From contig CAVZZO010000001.1 in assembly GCA_963779755.1 (NCBI GenBank), positions 1,024,001 to 1,088,000 on the forward strand: DNA of 64,000 nucleotides, given 5' to 3'. The DNA is from an uncultured Gemmatimonadales bacterium (GTDB lineage Bacteria; Gemmatimonadota; Gemmatimonadetes; Gemmatimonadales; GWC2-71-9). A model generated the notes under the pieces. The model had not been told where the DNA came from. It saw only the letters and a program-made list of their open reading frames with translations, and made no database searches. The position numbers and the translations under genes are program-made. Position 1 is the stretch's first letter, and every line of letters starts with the position of its first letter. Shown here one piece after another: positions 52,544 to 60,779 of the stretch.

Positions 52544-53250
52544 TCCGTCTCCCCCTGGCCTATGCCCGCTGGATGCTCCGCGATCTCGCCCGCCAGCAGG
52601 GGCTGGTGATTCTGATCGTCGCCGTGCTGGTGCTGTATGGCGTCTCCCGGGTGGATCCCACTCCGCTGCCGCAGCAGGCGGGCGGCATCCTGGCCGGCAT
52701 TGTCTCGACCCTGGCATGGCCCCTGGTGCTGTTCTGCTCCGCCGCCATCGTGAGCCACGACCGCTATCAGGGGTTCTACCGCAGCTACTTCAGCCGCCCC
52801 GTCTCACCGGCGGGTTATTACCTGCAGCGCTGGATTCTGGGCGGGGTGACGGCCCTGCTGGCGGTGCCGGTCCTGGCCGGCGCGACCGCCCTGGTGACCG
52901 GTGCATTTCCCTTCCCCTGGAAGCTGCTGGCGAACCTGGCCCTGTTCTATCTCCTCTTCGGCGGCGTGGCGTTCTTCTGGACCACCCTGATCCGTCTCGA
53001 CTGGCTGGTCGCCCTCCTCCTGCTGCTGGTGCAGACGGTGCTCTTCAAGATGCAGCAGGGAGGGCTGCAGCTGGGCGCCATCGCCGGGCTCCTCTATCAC
53101 GCGTTGCCGCCGTTCCATCTCGTTTCCCTCGACGGCCCGGTGCCGGCCGGCGCAGCGCTGGCGCATGTCCTGCTCTACGGCGGCGGCCTGGTGGCCGGGG
53201 CCGTGGTCATCCTCCTGGTCCGGCCGCTCGGCGCCGGGGGGCGCTCCTGA
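52540..53250 (+). CDS. ABC-2 type transporter permease
   Basis: About 6 TM, DRYQGFYRSYFSRPVS; coupled to ATPase. Confidence 0.8.
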   Translation: MIRLPLAYARWMLRDLARQQGLVILIVAVLVLYGVSRVDPTPLPQQAGGILAGIVSTLAWPLVLFCSAAIVSHDRYQGFYRSYFSRPVSPAGYYLQRWILGGVTALLAVPVLAGATALVTGAFPFPWKLLANLALFYLLFGGVAFFWTTLIRLDWLVALLLLLVQTVLFKMQQGGLQLGAIAGLLYHALPPFHLVSLDGPVPAGAALAHVLLYGGGLVAGAVVILLVRPLGAGGRS

Positions 53251-55865
53251 TGCCGGGCTGGACCGACGGCGTACGCCGGGAGATTCTGCCCAACGGGCTC
53301 ACCCTGCTGGTGCAGCGCGATCCCGCGGCGCCCGCGGCGGCGGTCGTCACGCACGTGAAGGCGGGCTTCTTCGACGAGCCCGACCGCTGGCAGGGAATCT
53401 CCCACGTGCTGGAACACATGTTTTTCAAGGGAACCGAACGGCGTGGCCCTGGCGATATCGCCCGGGAGACCAAGTCGGCCGGCGGCTATCTCAACGCCGG
53501 CACCAGCTACGACTACACCACCTATTACGTGGTGCTGCCGGCCCCCTCGCTGGAGCGGGCGCTGGACATCCAGGCCGATGCGCTGCAGCACTCGCAACTC
53601 GACGCGGGCGAATTGCAGCGCGAGCTGGGCGTCATCATCGAGGAGGCCCGCCGCAAGCTGGATTCCCCCGGCGCGGTGACGCACGAGACGCTGCACGCGG
53701 TCATGTTCGACCAGCACCGGATTCGCCGCTGGCGGATCGGCCGGGAGGAAGTTCTGGCGCGCTTCACCCGCGACGACGTGCTGGGCTACTATCGGTCGCG
53801 CTATGTTCCGTCGCGGGTGATCGTCTCCATCGCGGGCGATGTGGATCCCGACCAGGCGCTGGAGCTGGCGCGCCGCGCTTACGGCGGCTGGGCACCAGGG
53901 GCCGCGGCCAGCGATCCCTCGCCGCCGGAGCCGCCGCACCGCCAGGTCCGCGCCCGCACCCTGCGGGGCGATGTTACCCACGCCCACCTGGCCCTGGGCT
54001 GGCATGCCGTTCCGCCGCTTGACCGCGAGGCGCCGGCCCTGGATCTCGCCTCCGCGGTGCTGGCGATGGGGCGGGGGAGCTGGCTCTATCGCGAGTTGCG
54101 CGATCCGGGGCTGGTCACCTCCTCCGCCGCCTGGTATTACGCACCCACCGAGCTGGGCATCTTCGGCGCCGCGGCCCAGTTCGAGCCGGGGCGGCTGGAC
54201 GATGTTCTGCGGGGTATCGCGGCATCGGTGCGCCGGCTGGCCGATGTCGGACCGGGCGCCGAGGACCTCGAGCGCGCCCGCGCCATGTTCCTCACCCGCT
54301 GGGTGCGCCGGCTCGAGCCGACCGACGGCCGCGCCTCAGCCCTGGCCGGCGCCGAGGCGCTGCGCGACGTCGATCTGCTGGATGAGGAATACCGGGCCAT
54401 CCAGGCCGTAACCTGCGATGATATCCGCGAGGCCGCCGCCCGTTACCTCCTCCCTGATGCCGTCGCCGGGGTGCTCTACCTCCCGCGCCAGGCGGGCAAG
54501 GATCTCGACGCCTCCCGGTTGGCGGAGGTATTCCGGACCCGGGGAGTGGCGCGCGCCGTGCCGCTGCCGCCGGTCCTGCCGCCCGCCCCGGCGCGCAGCC
54601 CGCGCTCCCGCCGGGAGGCGGAGGTGGCTGTCGCTGCGCTGGATGGCGCCGATCTGCTGGTGCGGCGCAAGCCGGGCATCCCGGTGGTGCACGTGGGCGT
54701 CTACCTGCCGCAGACGGGCGATCCGCCGGGGCAGGCCGGGCTCGGCGCCCTGGTGACCCGCAGCGCGGTTCGCGGCGCGGGGCAGCTGGATGCGGCCGGC
54801 CTGGCGCTGGCGTTCGAGCGGCTGGGGGGAGCGCTGGGGGTGGTAGTGAGCAACGACTGGCTGGGCTTTGCCGCCTCGGTCGATGCCGGCCGGCTGGGAA
54901 CGGCGAGCCAGCTGCTCCACCTGGTACAGACCCGTCCCACGCTGCGGGACGACGATATCGCCATCGAGCGCGGCGTCCTCGCCGAGGAGGCGCGGCAGGT
55001 GGCGGACGACATGTTCCGTTTTCCCTTCCGGCTGGCCTTCGGTGCGGCCTTCGGCGATCGCGGCTACGGCCTGCCGGTGACCGGCCTGCCCGAAACGCTG
55101 GAAGCGCTGGATGCGGCGACGGTGCGCGCCGCCGCGCCCGGGGTGCTGCAGCTGCCCCGGCCGGTGATCGTGGCCGTCGGCGAGGAAGACCCGGAGCGCG
55201 CGCTCGAGACGCTGGCCGGCGTTTTCGGCGATCTGCCGGCGCGCGAGCCCTCCCTCGCCGGGCCGGCCAATGGCTGGGCGGTGGGAACCGAGCCGGCCAC
55301 CCGGGTGGCGCAGCGCGACCGGAACCAGACGGCGCTGGCGATGCTCTTCCCCGGGGTGGACCGGCGCGATCCCGAGCGCTATGCCGCCATGGTCCTGGCC
55401 TCGGTGGCGAGCGGCCTGGGCGGCAGGTTGTTCGAGAGCCTGCGGAGCCGGCGCTCGCTCGCCTACACGGTGCTGGCGGCGGCCTGGTTGCGGGGGCGCG
55501 CCGGCGCATTTCTGACTTACATCGCCACCACGCCCGCACGGGAAGACGAAGCCCGCGTGGCCATGCTGGAAGAGCTCGACGCCTTCACCCGCGACCCGGT
55601 GACCGAAGGCGAGCTGGCGCAGGCGGTGAACTATCTGGCGGGGCAGTCGCTGGTCGAGCGGCAGAGCGGGGCGGCGCTGGCGGGAGAAATTCTGGAGGCC
55701 TGGCTCATCGGTGAGGGGCTGGAGGAGCTGGAGCCGCCGGGGGCGGGATTCCGCCGGGTCACGGCGGGCGCGGTGCAGCAGGTGGCGCAGCGCATGTTGC
55801 GGCCCCAGCTGCGCGCCGAAGGGATCGTTCGCGGCCGACCGGCGTCGGCGTCGGATCAGCCCTGA
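53250..55865 (+). CDS. M16 (pitrilysin-family) zinc protease, fused two-half form
   Basis: LPNGL, HVLEHM (HxxEH), NAGT, second half LRSRRSLAY; start MPGWTDG. Confidence 0.94.
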   Translation: MPGWTDGVRREILPNGLTLLVQRDPAAPAAAVVTHVKAGFFDEPDRWQGISHVLEHMFFKGTERRGPGDIARETKSAGGYLNAGTSYDYTTYYVVLPAPSLERALDIQADALQHSQLDAGELQRELGVIIEEARRKLDSPGAVTHETLHAVMFDQHRIRRWRIGREEVLARFTRDDVLGYYRSRYVPSRVIVSIAGDVDPDQALELARRAYGGWAPGAAASDPSPPEPPHRQVRARTLRGDVTHAHLALGWHAVPPLDREAPALDLASAVLAMGRGSWLYRELRDPGLVTSSAAWYYAPTELGIFGAAAQFEPGRLDDVLRGIAASVRRLADVGPGAEDLERARAMFLTRWVRRLEPTDGRASALAGAEALRDVDLLDEEYRAIQAVTCDDIREAAARYLLPDAVAGVLYLPRQAGKDLDASRLAEVFRTRGVARAVPLPPVLPPAPARSPRSRREAEVAVAALDGADLLVRRKPGIPVVHVGVYLPQTGDPPGQAGLGALVTRSAVRGAGQLDAAGLALAFERLGGALGVVVSNDWLGFAASVDAGRLGTASQLLHLVQTRPTLRDDDIAIERGVLAEEARQVADDMFRFPFRLAFGAAFGDRGYGLPVTGLPETLEALDAATVRAAAPGVLQLPRPVIVAVGEEDPERALETLAGVFGDLPAREPSLAGPANGWAVGTEPATRVAQRDRNQTALAMLFPGVDRRDPERYAAMVLASVASGLGGRLFESLRSRRSLAYTVLAAAWLRGRAGAFLTYIATTPAREDEARVAMLEELDAFTRDPVTEGELAQAVNYLAGQSLVERQSGAALAGEILEAWLIGEGLEELEPPGAGFRRVTAGAVQQVAQRMLRPQLRAEGIVRGRPASASDQP

Positions 55866-56203
55866 GGCAGCTCTTCCACCCCGCCGGCGCCGAGCCGCCG
55901 GGCCATGACCTCCAGCGCCCGGGCCGCGGGCGCGGTGCCCGGCGTCAGCAGGTCCACCAGGCAGAGCCCGTCCTCGGGAACGGCATGGATGACGATATGC
56001 CCCTGGCGGCAGAGATGGGCAACCACGATCTCCCGCGGCCCCTCCCGCTGGACCGGCGGCCCGTAGCCGTTCAGCCCCAGCGATCCCGCGGCCGCGATCA
56101 ACAGCGCGGACAGGCCGTCGGCGTCGCGCAGCCGGGCGGGGGAGACGCCGGTCAGGCACGCGGCCCGGTGGTGGTACGATTCCACGGCGCCGGTTTCAGA
56201 CAC
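55856..56203 (-). CDS. S-adenosylmethionine decarboxylase (SpeD)-fold protein lacking catalytic residues
   Basis: LCRQGHIVIHAVPEDGLCLVDLLTPG aligns to canonical LAESHISIHTWPE.GYAAVDVFTCG; GTG start overlaps upstream stop. Confidence 0.75.
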   Translation of the reverse strand: MSETGAVESYHHRAACLTGVSPARLRDADGLSALLIAAAGSLGLNGYGPPVQREGPREIVVAHLCRQGHIVIHAVPEDGLCLVDLLTPGTAPAARALEVMARRLGAGGVEELPQG

Positions 56204-56936
56204 GCGCGGGCCAGGCCGTGACCGCGTCCCGATAGCCTTCGGGGACGCCCACGTCATAGACCGGTGCCTCGCACCGGATCCCCCGCAGCACGCCCTCCGC
56301 CGCCAGCCGCCGCAGCACCGGCGTTTCGTCGAACGCTGCTCCCGACTCGAGCCGGCCCGCTTCCTGGTCGAACAGATCGAAGATCTCCCCCGGCAGGGCG
56401 ACCCGCCCCAGCACGAAGAGCCGCGCTCCGCCGCCGGCCCCCAGGGCGCTCACGCGGTACTCACCGGTCTCCAGCGGTGAGACCGACGCTTCCCGGGTGG
56501 GCCGGGCCCGGCCGCCCGCCGGAGGCGAGGGTGCGAGCAGCAGCGTAGGCTCGCCCGAGGCGCCAAAGGCCTTGCGGAGGGCGGAGCAGGGGCTGGTGTC
56601 GCGCACCAGGAACTCGGGGAGCACGGTGAGGAACGGTGCACCGGCCAGGGCGTCGCGGGTGCGGCGAATGGCGTCGCCCAGGCCCTGGGGATGGTCCTGC
56701 GGGACGAACTCCAGCTGCAACGGGCCGGCCCAGGCGCGGGCGGCCACTTCCAAGAGCGGCCGCGCGGGATTGGTCACGATGACGGCGCGCAGCAGGCCGG
56801 CGGCGGCGATCTCGTCCAGCACCCAGAAGAGCACCGGCCGGAGCGCCACGGGCAGCAGCTCCTTGGGGATCCAGCGAGTGGCGGGATAGAGCCGGCTGCC
56901 CAGCCCGCCGCAGGGGATGACGGCTGTGTCGATCAT
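56196..56936 (-). CDS. GalU/GalF-like sugar-phosphate nucleotidyltransferase, divergent
   Basis: AVIPCGGLGSRLYPAT..PKELLP, Q..PQGLGDA, YDVG..EGY. Confidence 0.85.
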   Translation of the reverse strand: MIDTAVIPCGGLGSRLYPATRWIPKELLPVALRPVLFWVLDEIAAAGLLRAVIVTNPARPLLEVAARAWAGPLQLEFVPQDHPQGLGDAIRRTRDALAGAPFLTVLPEFLVRDTSPCSALRKAFGASGEPTLLLAPSPPAGGRARPTREASVSPLETGEYRVSALGAGGGARLFVLGRVALPGEIFDLFDQEAGRLESGAAFDETPVLRRLAAEGVLRGIRCEAPVYDVGVPEGYRDAVTAWPARV

Positions 56937-57014
56937 GATGGAAGGTAGCAGCAGTCGTTCTCAGCTCTTCGCCGGGACCAGCCAATGTTCGGAGCAGCTC
57001 CCGGCTCCCGGCTC

Positions 57015-57473
57015 CTAGAACATCGACATCGCCAGCAACGACCGCAGGTTGTCGTTGGTGGCGCGGAGGCGGGTCGAAAGCATGCGGACCACCGACCAGA
57101 GGACCTTGTAGGCCAGGTCGCGGTTGAAATCGAGCAGCAGCTCGAAATCGGGCCGGGAGATGGTCATCAGAATGCAGGGGGTGTGGGCCAGGGCGTCGGT
57201 GGAGCGTTCGCTGCGGTCGAAGACGGCCATTTCGCCGAAGCAGGAACCCGCCTTGAGAATGGCCAGGGCTTCCTCGCCGGAGCCGGGAATGGTGCGGCTG
57301 ATCCGCACCTCGCCTCCGAGAACGAGAAACAGGCGGTTGCCCTTGTCGCCCTCCTGGAAGATCGTCTCGGCCGCCTGGTATTTATGTTGCTGGCAGATCT
57401 CGGCGATGCGGGCCAGCTCGCCGTCATCCAGGTCGGCAAAGATGGCGGTATTGCGGAGCAGGTCCAGGTTCAT
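57015..57473 (-). CDS. stand-alone cyclic nucleotide-binding domain protein (no HTH)
   Basis: IFQEGD, GEVRI, FGEMA..RST. Confidence 0.92.
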   Translation of the reverse strand: MNLDLLRNTAIFADLDDGELARIAEICQQHKYQAAETIFQEGDKGNRLFLVLGGEVRISRTIPGSGEEALAILKAGSCFGEMAVFDRSERSTDALAHTPCILMTISRPDFELLLDFNRDLAYKVLWSVVRMLSTRLRATNDNLRSLLAMSMF

Positions 57474-57502
57474 GACGCGCCTCGATCCGGGGCAGGGAAA
57501 CG

Positions 57503-58072
57503 ATGTCCGAAACTACCGGCCGCCCAGAGGGGGAGCAAGACGGATCGCGGCTGGCCGCCGCCGATCTGCTGACCTTGCTGCGCTTTCCGCTGGCGGCGGC
57601 GTATCTCGCGTTTCCTTCCTTCGCGGCACGGCTCGGCATCCTGGCCGCTGCCGCGGCCAGCGACCTGCTGGACGGGCCCATGGCGCGCCGGCGCGGGGCC
57701 TCGCGTTTCGGCGCCATTCTCGATCCCATCGCCGACAAGGTCTTCATGGCCTGCGCCTTCGGCGTGGTGCTGGTGAGCGGGCGGCTGGCGTGGTATGAAG
57801 TGGCCGGCGTCCTGTTGCGCGATCTCTGGGCGGCGGCGGCCTTCGTGAGCACTATCATTCTGCGGCGGCCCGTCACTATTCCCGCCCGCTACGGCGGCAA
57901 GGCCGTCACCGTGGCGCAGGTGCTGACGCTGGCGGCGTTCCTGACCGGATCGCCGCTGCTGCGACCGCTGGCATGGGCCACCGCGGCGGTGGCCCTCTAT
58001 GCCATCCGGGATTATCACCGGGCCGCCGCCCGCGAGGCGCGGCCCCTGGGAGGAGAATCAAGCCAGGCATGA
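57503..58072 (+). CDS. CDP-alcohol phosphatidyltransferase (PgsA-like)
   Basis: LTLLR, SDLLDGPMARR...GAILDPIADK. Confidence 0.92.
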   Translation: MSETTGRPEGEQDGSRLAAADLLTLLRFPLAAAYLAFPSFAARLGILAAAAASDLLDGPMARRRGASRFGAILDPIADKVFMACAFGVVLVSGRLAWYEVAGVLLRDLWAAAAFVSTIILRRPVTIPARYGGKAVTVAQVLTLAAFLTGSPLLRPLAWATAAVALYAIRDYHRAAAREARPLGGESSQA

Positions 58073-58479
58073 GCATCGAAACCAAACAGGCGGCGCTCCA
58101 GTGGACAGGCGGGATGCGCTTCGAGGGCGGCGAGCCGGGGAAGCCCGCGATCCTGCTGGACGGCAGCGGCGAGGCCGGGGCCAGCCCGATGCTGGCGCTG
58201 CTGCTGGCGGTCGCGGCCTGCACCGGGGCCGACATCGTCAGCATCGTGGGTAAGATGCGGCAGCCGCTCGCGTCGCTCCGGATCGAGGCCGCCGGCACCC
58301 GGCGGGAAGAGGAGCCCCGGCGCTACGTCGAGCTGCGGCTGCATTACTACGCCGCGGGCGACGGCCTGGACGAGGCCAAGCTGCGGCGGGCGATCGACCT
58401 CTCGCTCGCCAAGTACTGTTCCGTCCTGCATTCACTGGCCCCGGATATCCGCGTCACGTATGACCTCACGCTGGGCTAG
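58069..58479 (+). CDS. OsmC family protein
   Basis: SPM..LL.AVAACT, SLAKYCSV. Confidence 0.92.
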   Translation: MSIETKQAALQWTGGMRFEGGEPGKPAILLDGSGEAGASPMLALLLAVAACTGADIVSIVGKMRQPLASLRIEAAGTRREEEPRRYVELRLHYYAAGDGLDEAKLRRAIDLSLAKYCSVLHSLAPDIRVTYDLTLG

Positions 58480-58906
58480 CGTGCTCGCCCTGCTCCTGGC
58501 GGGATTGCCCGCGCAGGCGCGGGCGCAACGATGGGCGGAGGCAGGCTTCGAAGGCGTCGCCACCGCGGCCGATCCGGGGTATGCCGGCGGGGGGCTCTAC
58601 GCGGCGCTGCGGCCGCCGGGGCGGCTGCGCTTCTCGTTGCTGGTCACCGCCGGCGCCCGGGGCGGGGAACGGGCGGCCCGGAGCGAGGCGGCGGTGCACT
58701 TTCTGCTGAGCCCGGCCAGCCGGCGGGGAGGATGGTACGGAGGCGGCGGTCTGGCCGCAGTGGCCGGCCGCGCCACCCACGAGTATGTCATGCTGGTGCT
58801 GGGATACGAAACCAGCCCCGCTGGTCCCGGCGGCTGGGCGCTGGAACTGGGGCTGGGGGGAGGCCTCCGGCTGGGAGCCGGATACCGATGGCGCCGCTCG
58901 TGGTGA
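58460..58906 (+). CDS. hypothetical exported protein, possibly small outer-membrane beta-barrel
   Basis: Signal peptide ARA-Q, alternating beta strands, ends LGAGYRWRRSW. Confidence 0.65.
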   Translation: MTSRWASVLALLLAGLPAQARAQRWAEAGFEGVATAADPGYAGGGLYAALRPPGRLRFSLLVTAGARGGERAARSEAAVHFLLSPASRRGGWYGGGGLAAVAGRATHEYVMLVLGYETSPAGPGGWALELGLGGGLRLGAGYRWRRSW

Positions 58907-58927
58907 GCGGCGCCGATGACTTCCCTG

Positions 58928-59200
58928 TTATTCCTCTGCGGCGGCCCCGACGGTCTCGGGATGCGCTACCACCGGCTGGCAATATCGCTCGCCCAGCAGG
59001 CGGAGCTGGCCCAGCTCCGTGGACTCGAGATCGTCGTACCGCTCCTCGAGATACTGCATGGTGTCGTCGAACCACTCCTTCTGGTGCTCCGGTGCCGCCT
59101 CGAGCACTCCGCAGCGCAGGATGTGGCTGAACAGCTCGTCGCGCGCCTGATTGAACGCAAGGGGAATATCCGGTGTCTGCCGGACCTTCTTTTTCCCCAT
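58928..59200 (-). CDS. hypothetical protein (90 aa)
   Basis: Strong RBS AAAGGAGG; coding-like composition. Confidence 0.8.
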   Translation of the reverse strand: MGKKKVRQTPDIPLAFNQARDELFSHILRCGVLEAAPEHQKEWFDDTMQYLEERYDDLESTELGQLRLLGERYCQPVVAHPETVGAAAEE

Positions 59201-59374
59201 TCAAACCCTCCTTTACAAAGTTGGTAGTCGCCTGCTACGCCACAATATAAGCGGCTTGCGCACGAAGGTGCAAACCGGATATTTGCCCGGCGGGCGCCCG
59301 GCGGCATTACATTTCCGCCCTTATGACGGGACCAGTGGAGCCCAACCGGCGGCGGGCCGCCGGAGGACGGATAG

Positions 59375-59680
59375 ATGGCCGAACACGATGAGACCTACGG
59401 CGAGGAGCGGCGCGAGCGGCTCCTCGCCTTGCTGCGGGAACTGGGCGACCGGATTCGGGAGCTGGACGGGCGGGGCGAGCTGCTGGCCCGGGCGCCGGAG
59501 CTGATGCGGCTCCTGGGCGACGTGCGCTCCGAGCTGTTTCACTACGAGGTCCGATCGACCTACGACTCACCCGAAGCGGCCGAGCATCGCCGGATTGTCG
59601 ACGATGCGCGCCGCTCCGGCACTTTCGACAGCGATCCAGAGGAGGACGACGAGCCATGGCGCCGGCCCAGGGAGGAATGA
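59375..59680 (+). CDS. hypothetical protein (101 aa)
   Basis: GGAGG RBS; stop overlaps DsbA start. Confidence 0.8.
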   Translation: MAEHDETYGEERRERLLALLRELGDRIRELDGRGELLARAPELMRLLGDVRSELFHYEVRSTYDSPEAAEHRRIVDDARRSGTFDSDPEEDDEPWRRPREE

Positions 59681-60351
59681 AGAGCTTCTATGCCGTGCTC
59701 GGGGTGATCGCGCTGGCAGGCCTGGCGGTGATCGCCTGGCTGGCCCTGCGGCCGGCCGGGGATACCTCCATCCCCGCCAATGTCACGGTCACGGCGGCCG
59801 ATACCAGCGGGTTCCACGGCTATTTCATGGGCTCCGATTCGGCGCCGGTGGAGGTCACCGAGTACGCCGACTATCAGTGCCCCGGCTGCCAGCAGTTCGA
59901 GCTGCTGCAGATGCCCATCGTCCGGGAACAGCTGATCGGCACCGGCCGGGTTCGCTGGCGCTACCGGGACTTTCCCATCGACCAGCTGCATTCCCACGCC
60001 CGGGTGGCGGCGCATGCCGCTGCCTGCGCCGACGAGCAGGGACGCTACTGGGATATGCACCGGCTGCTCTACCAGGGCCAGTCCAACTGGGCCGAGAGCG
60101 GCAAGGCCGACAACTATTTCCGGGACTACGCCAAACAGCTGGGGCTCGATCTCGACCGTTATGATGCCTGCATGAAGTCCGGGAAGTACGCGGGCCGTAT
60201 CCAGGCCAGCAAGGACGAGGGCGAGCGGGTGGGTGTGAACAGCACGCCGACGCTGCTGATCCGCGGCCGGCTCTATCCCGGCGGCCTCAATTCCGATGCG
60301 CTTGAACATCTGGTGGATTCCCTGGCACCGGCGGCCGGCGCGACGCCATGA
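59677..60351 (+). CDS. DsbA family thiol-disulfide oxidoreductase, membrane anchored
   Basis: EYADYQCPGC, RDFP, GVNSTPT. Confidence 0.93.
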   Translation: MKSFYAVLGVIALAGLAVIAWLALRPAGDTSIPANVTVTAADTSGFHGYFMGSDSAPVEVTEYADYQCPGCQQFELLQMPIVREQLIGTGRVRWRYRDFPIDQLHSHARVAAHAAACADEQGRYWDMHRLLYQGQSNWAESGKADNYFRDYAKQLGLDLDRYDACMKSGKYAGRIQASKDEGERVGVNSTPTLLIRGRLYPGGLNSDALEHLVDSLAPAAGATP

Positions 60352-60779
60352 AGTACCGCATGGCGGCGGCCCTCCTGAGCCTGGCCGGGGTGCTGGTGTC
60401 CGCCTATCTCTATCTGTTCAAGCTCGGCTTCATCGGCACGCTGGCCTGCGGCTCCGGCGACTGTGAGCGGGTCCAGTTCAGCCGCTGGAGCCATATCGCC
60501 GGCATCGAGGTGTCCCTGCTGGGGCTCCTGGGGTACGGGGCCATCATGGCGGTGAGCCTGGTCTCGCTGCAGCCCCGCTGGGCCGAGGCGCGCTGGCCGG
60601 TGCGCGCCCTGGTGCTGCTCGCGGGCGGCGGCGTCGCCCTCTCGGCCTGGCTCACCGGTGTGGAGCTGTTCATCCTGCACGCCATCTGCCGCTGGTGCGT
60701 CGGGTCGGCCACGATCATCACCCTGACCTTCATCGCCGCCCTGCTGGCCTGGCGCACGGCGCCCCCGGCGACGGCGTGA
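60348..60779 (+). CDS. vitamin K epoxide reductase (VKOR) family protein
   Basis: CGSGDCERVQFSRWS, ICRWC. Confidence 0.93.
   Translation: MKYRMAAALLSLAGVLVSAYLYLFKLGFIGTLACGSGDCERVQFSRWSHIAGIEVSLLGLLGYGAIMAVSLVSLQPRWAEARWPVRALVLLAGGGVALSAWLTGVELFILHAICRWCVGSATIITLTFIAALLAWRTAPPATA

Noticed and set aside
52716..53249. N-terminal extension of the 1049-aa M16 ORF
   Set aside because: Overlaps the ABC permease; the protease begins at ATG 53250
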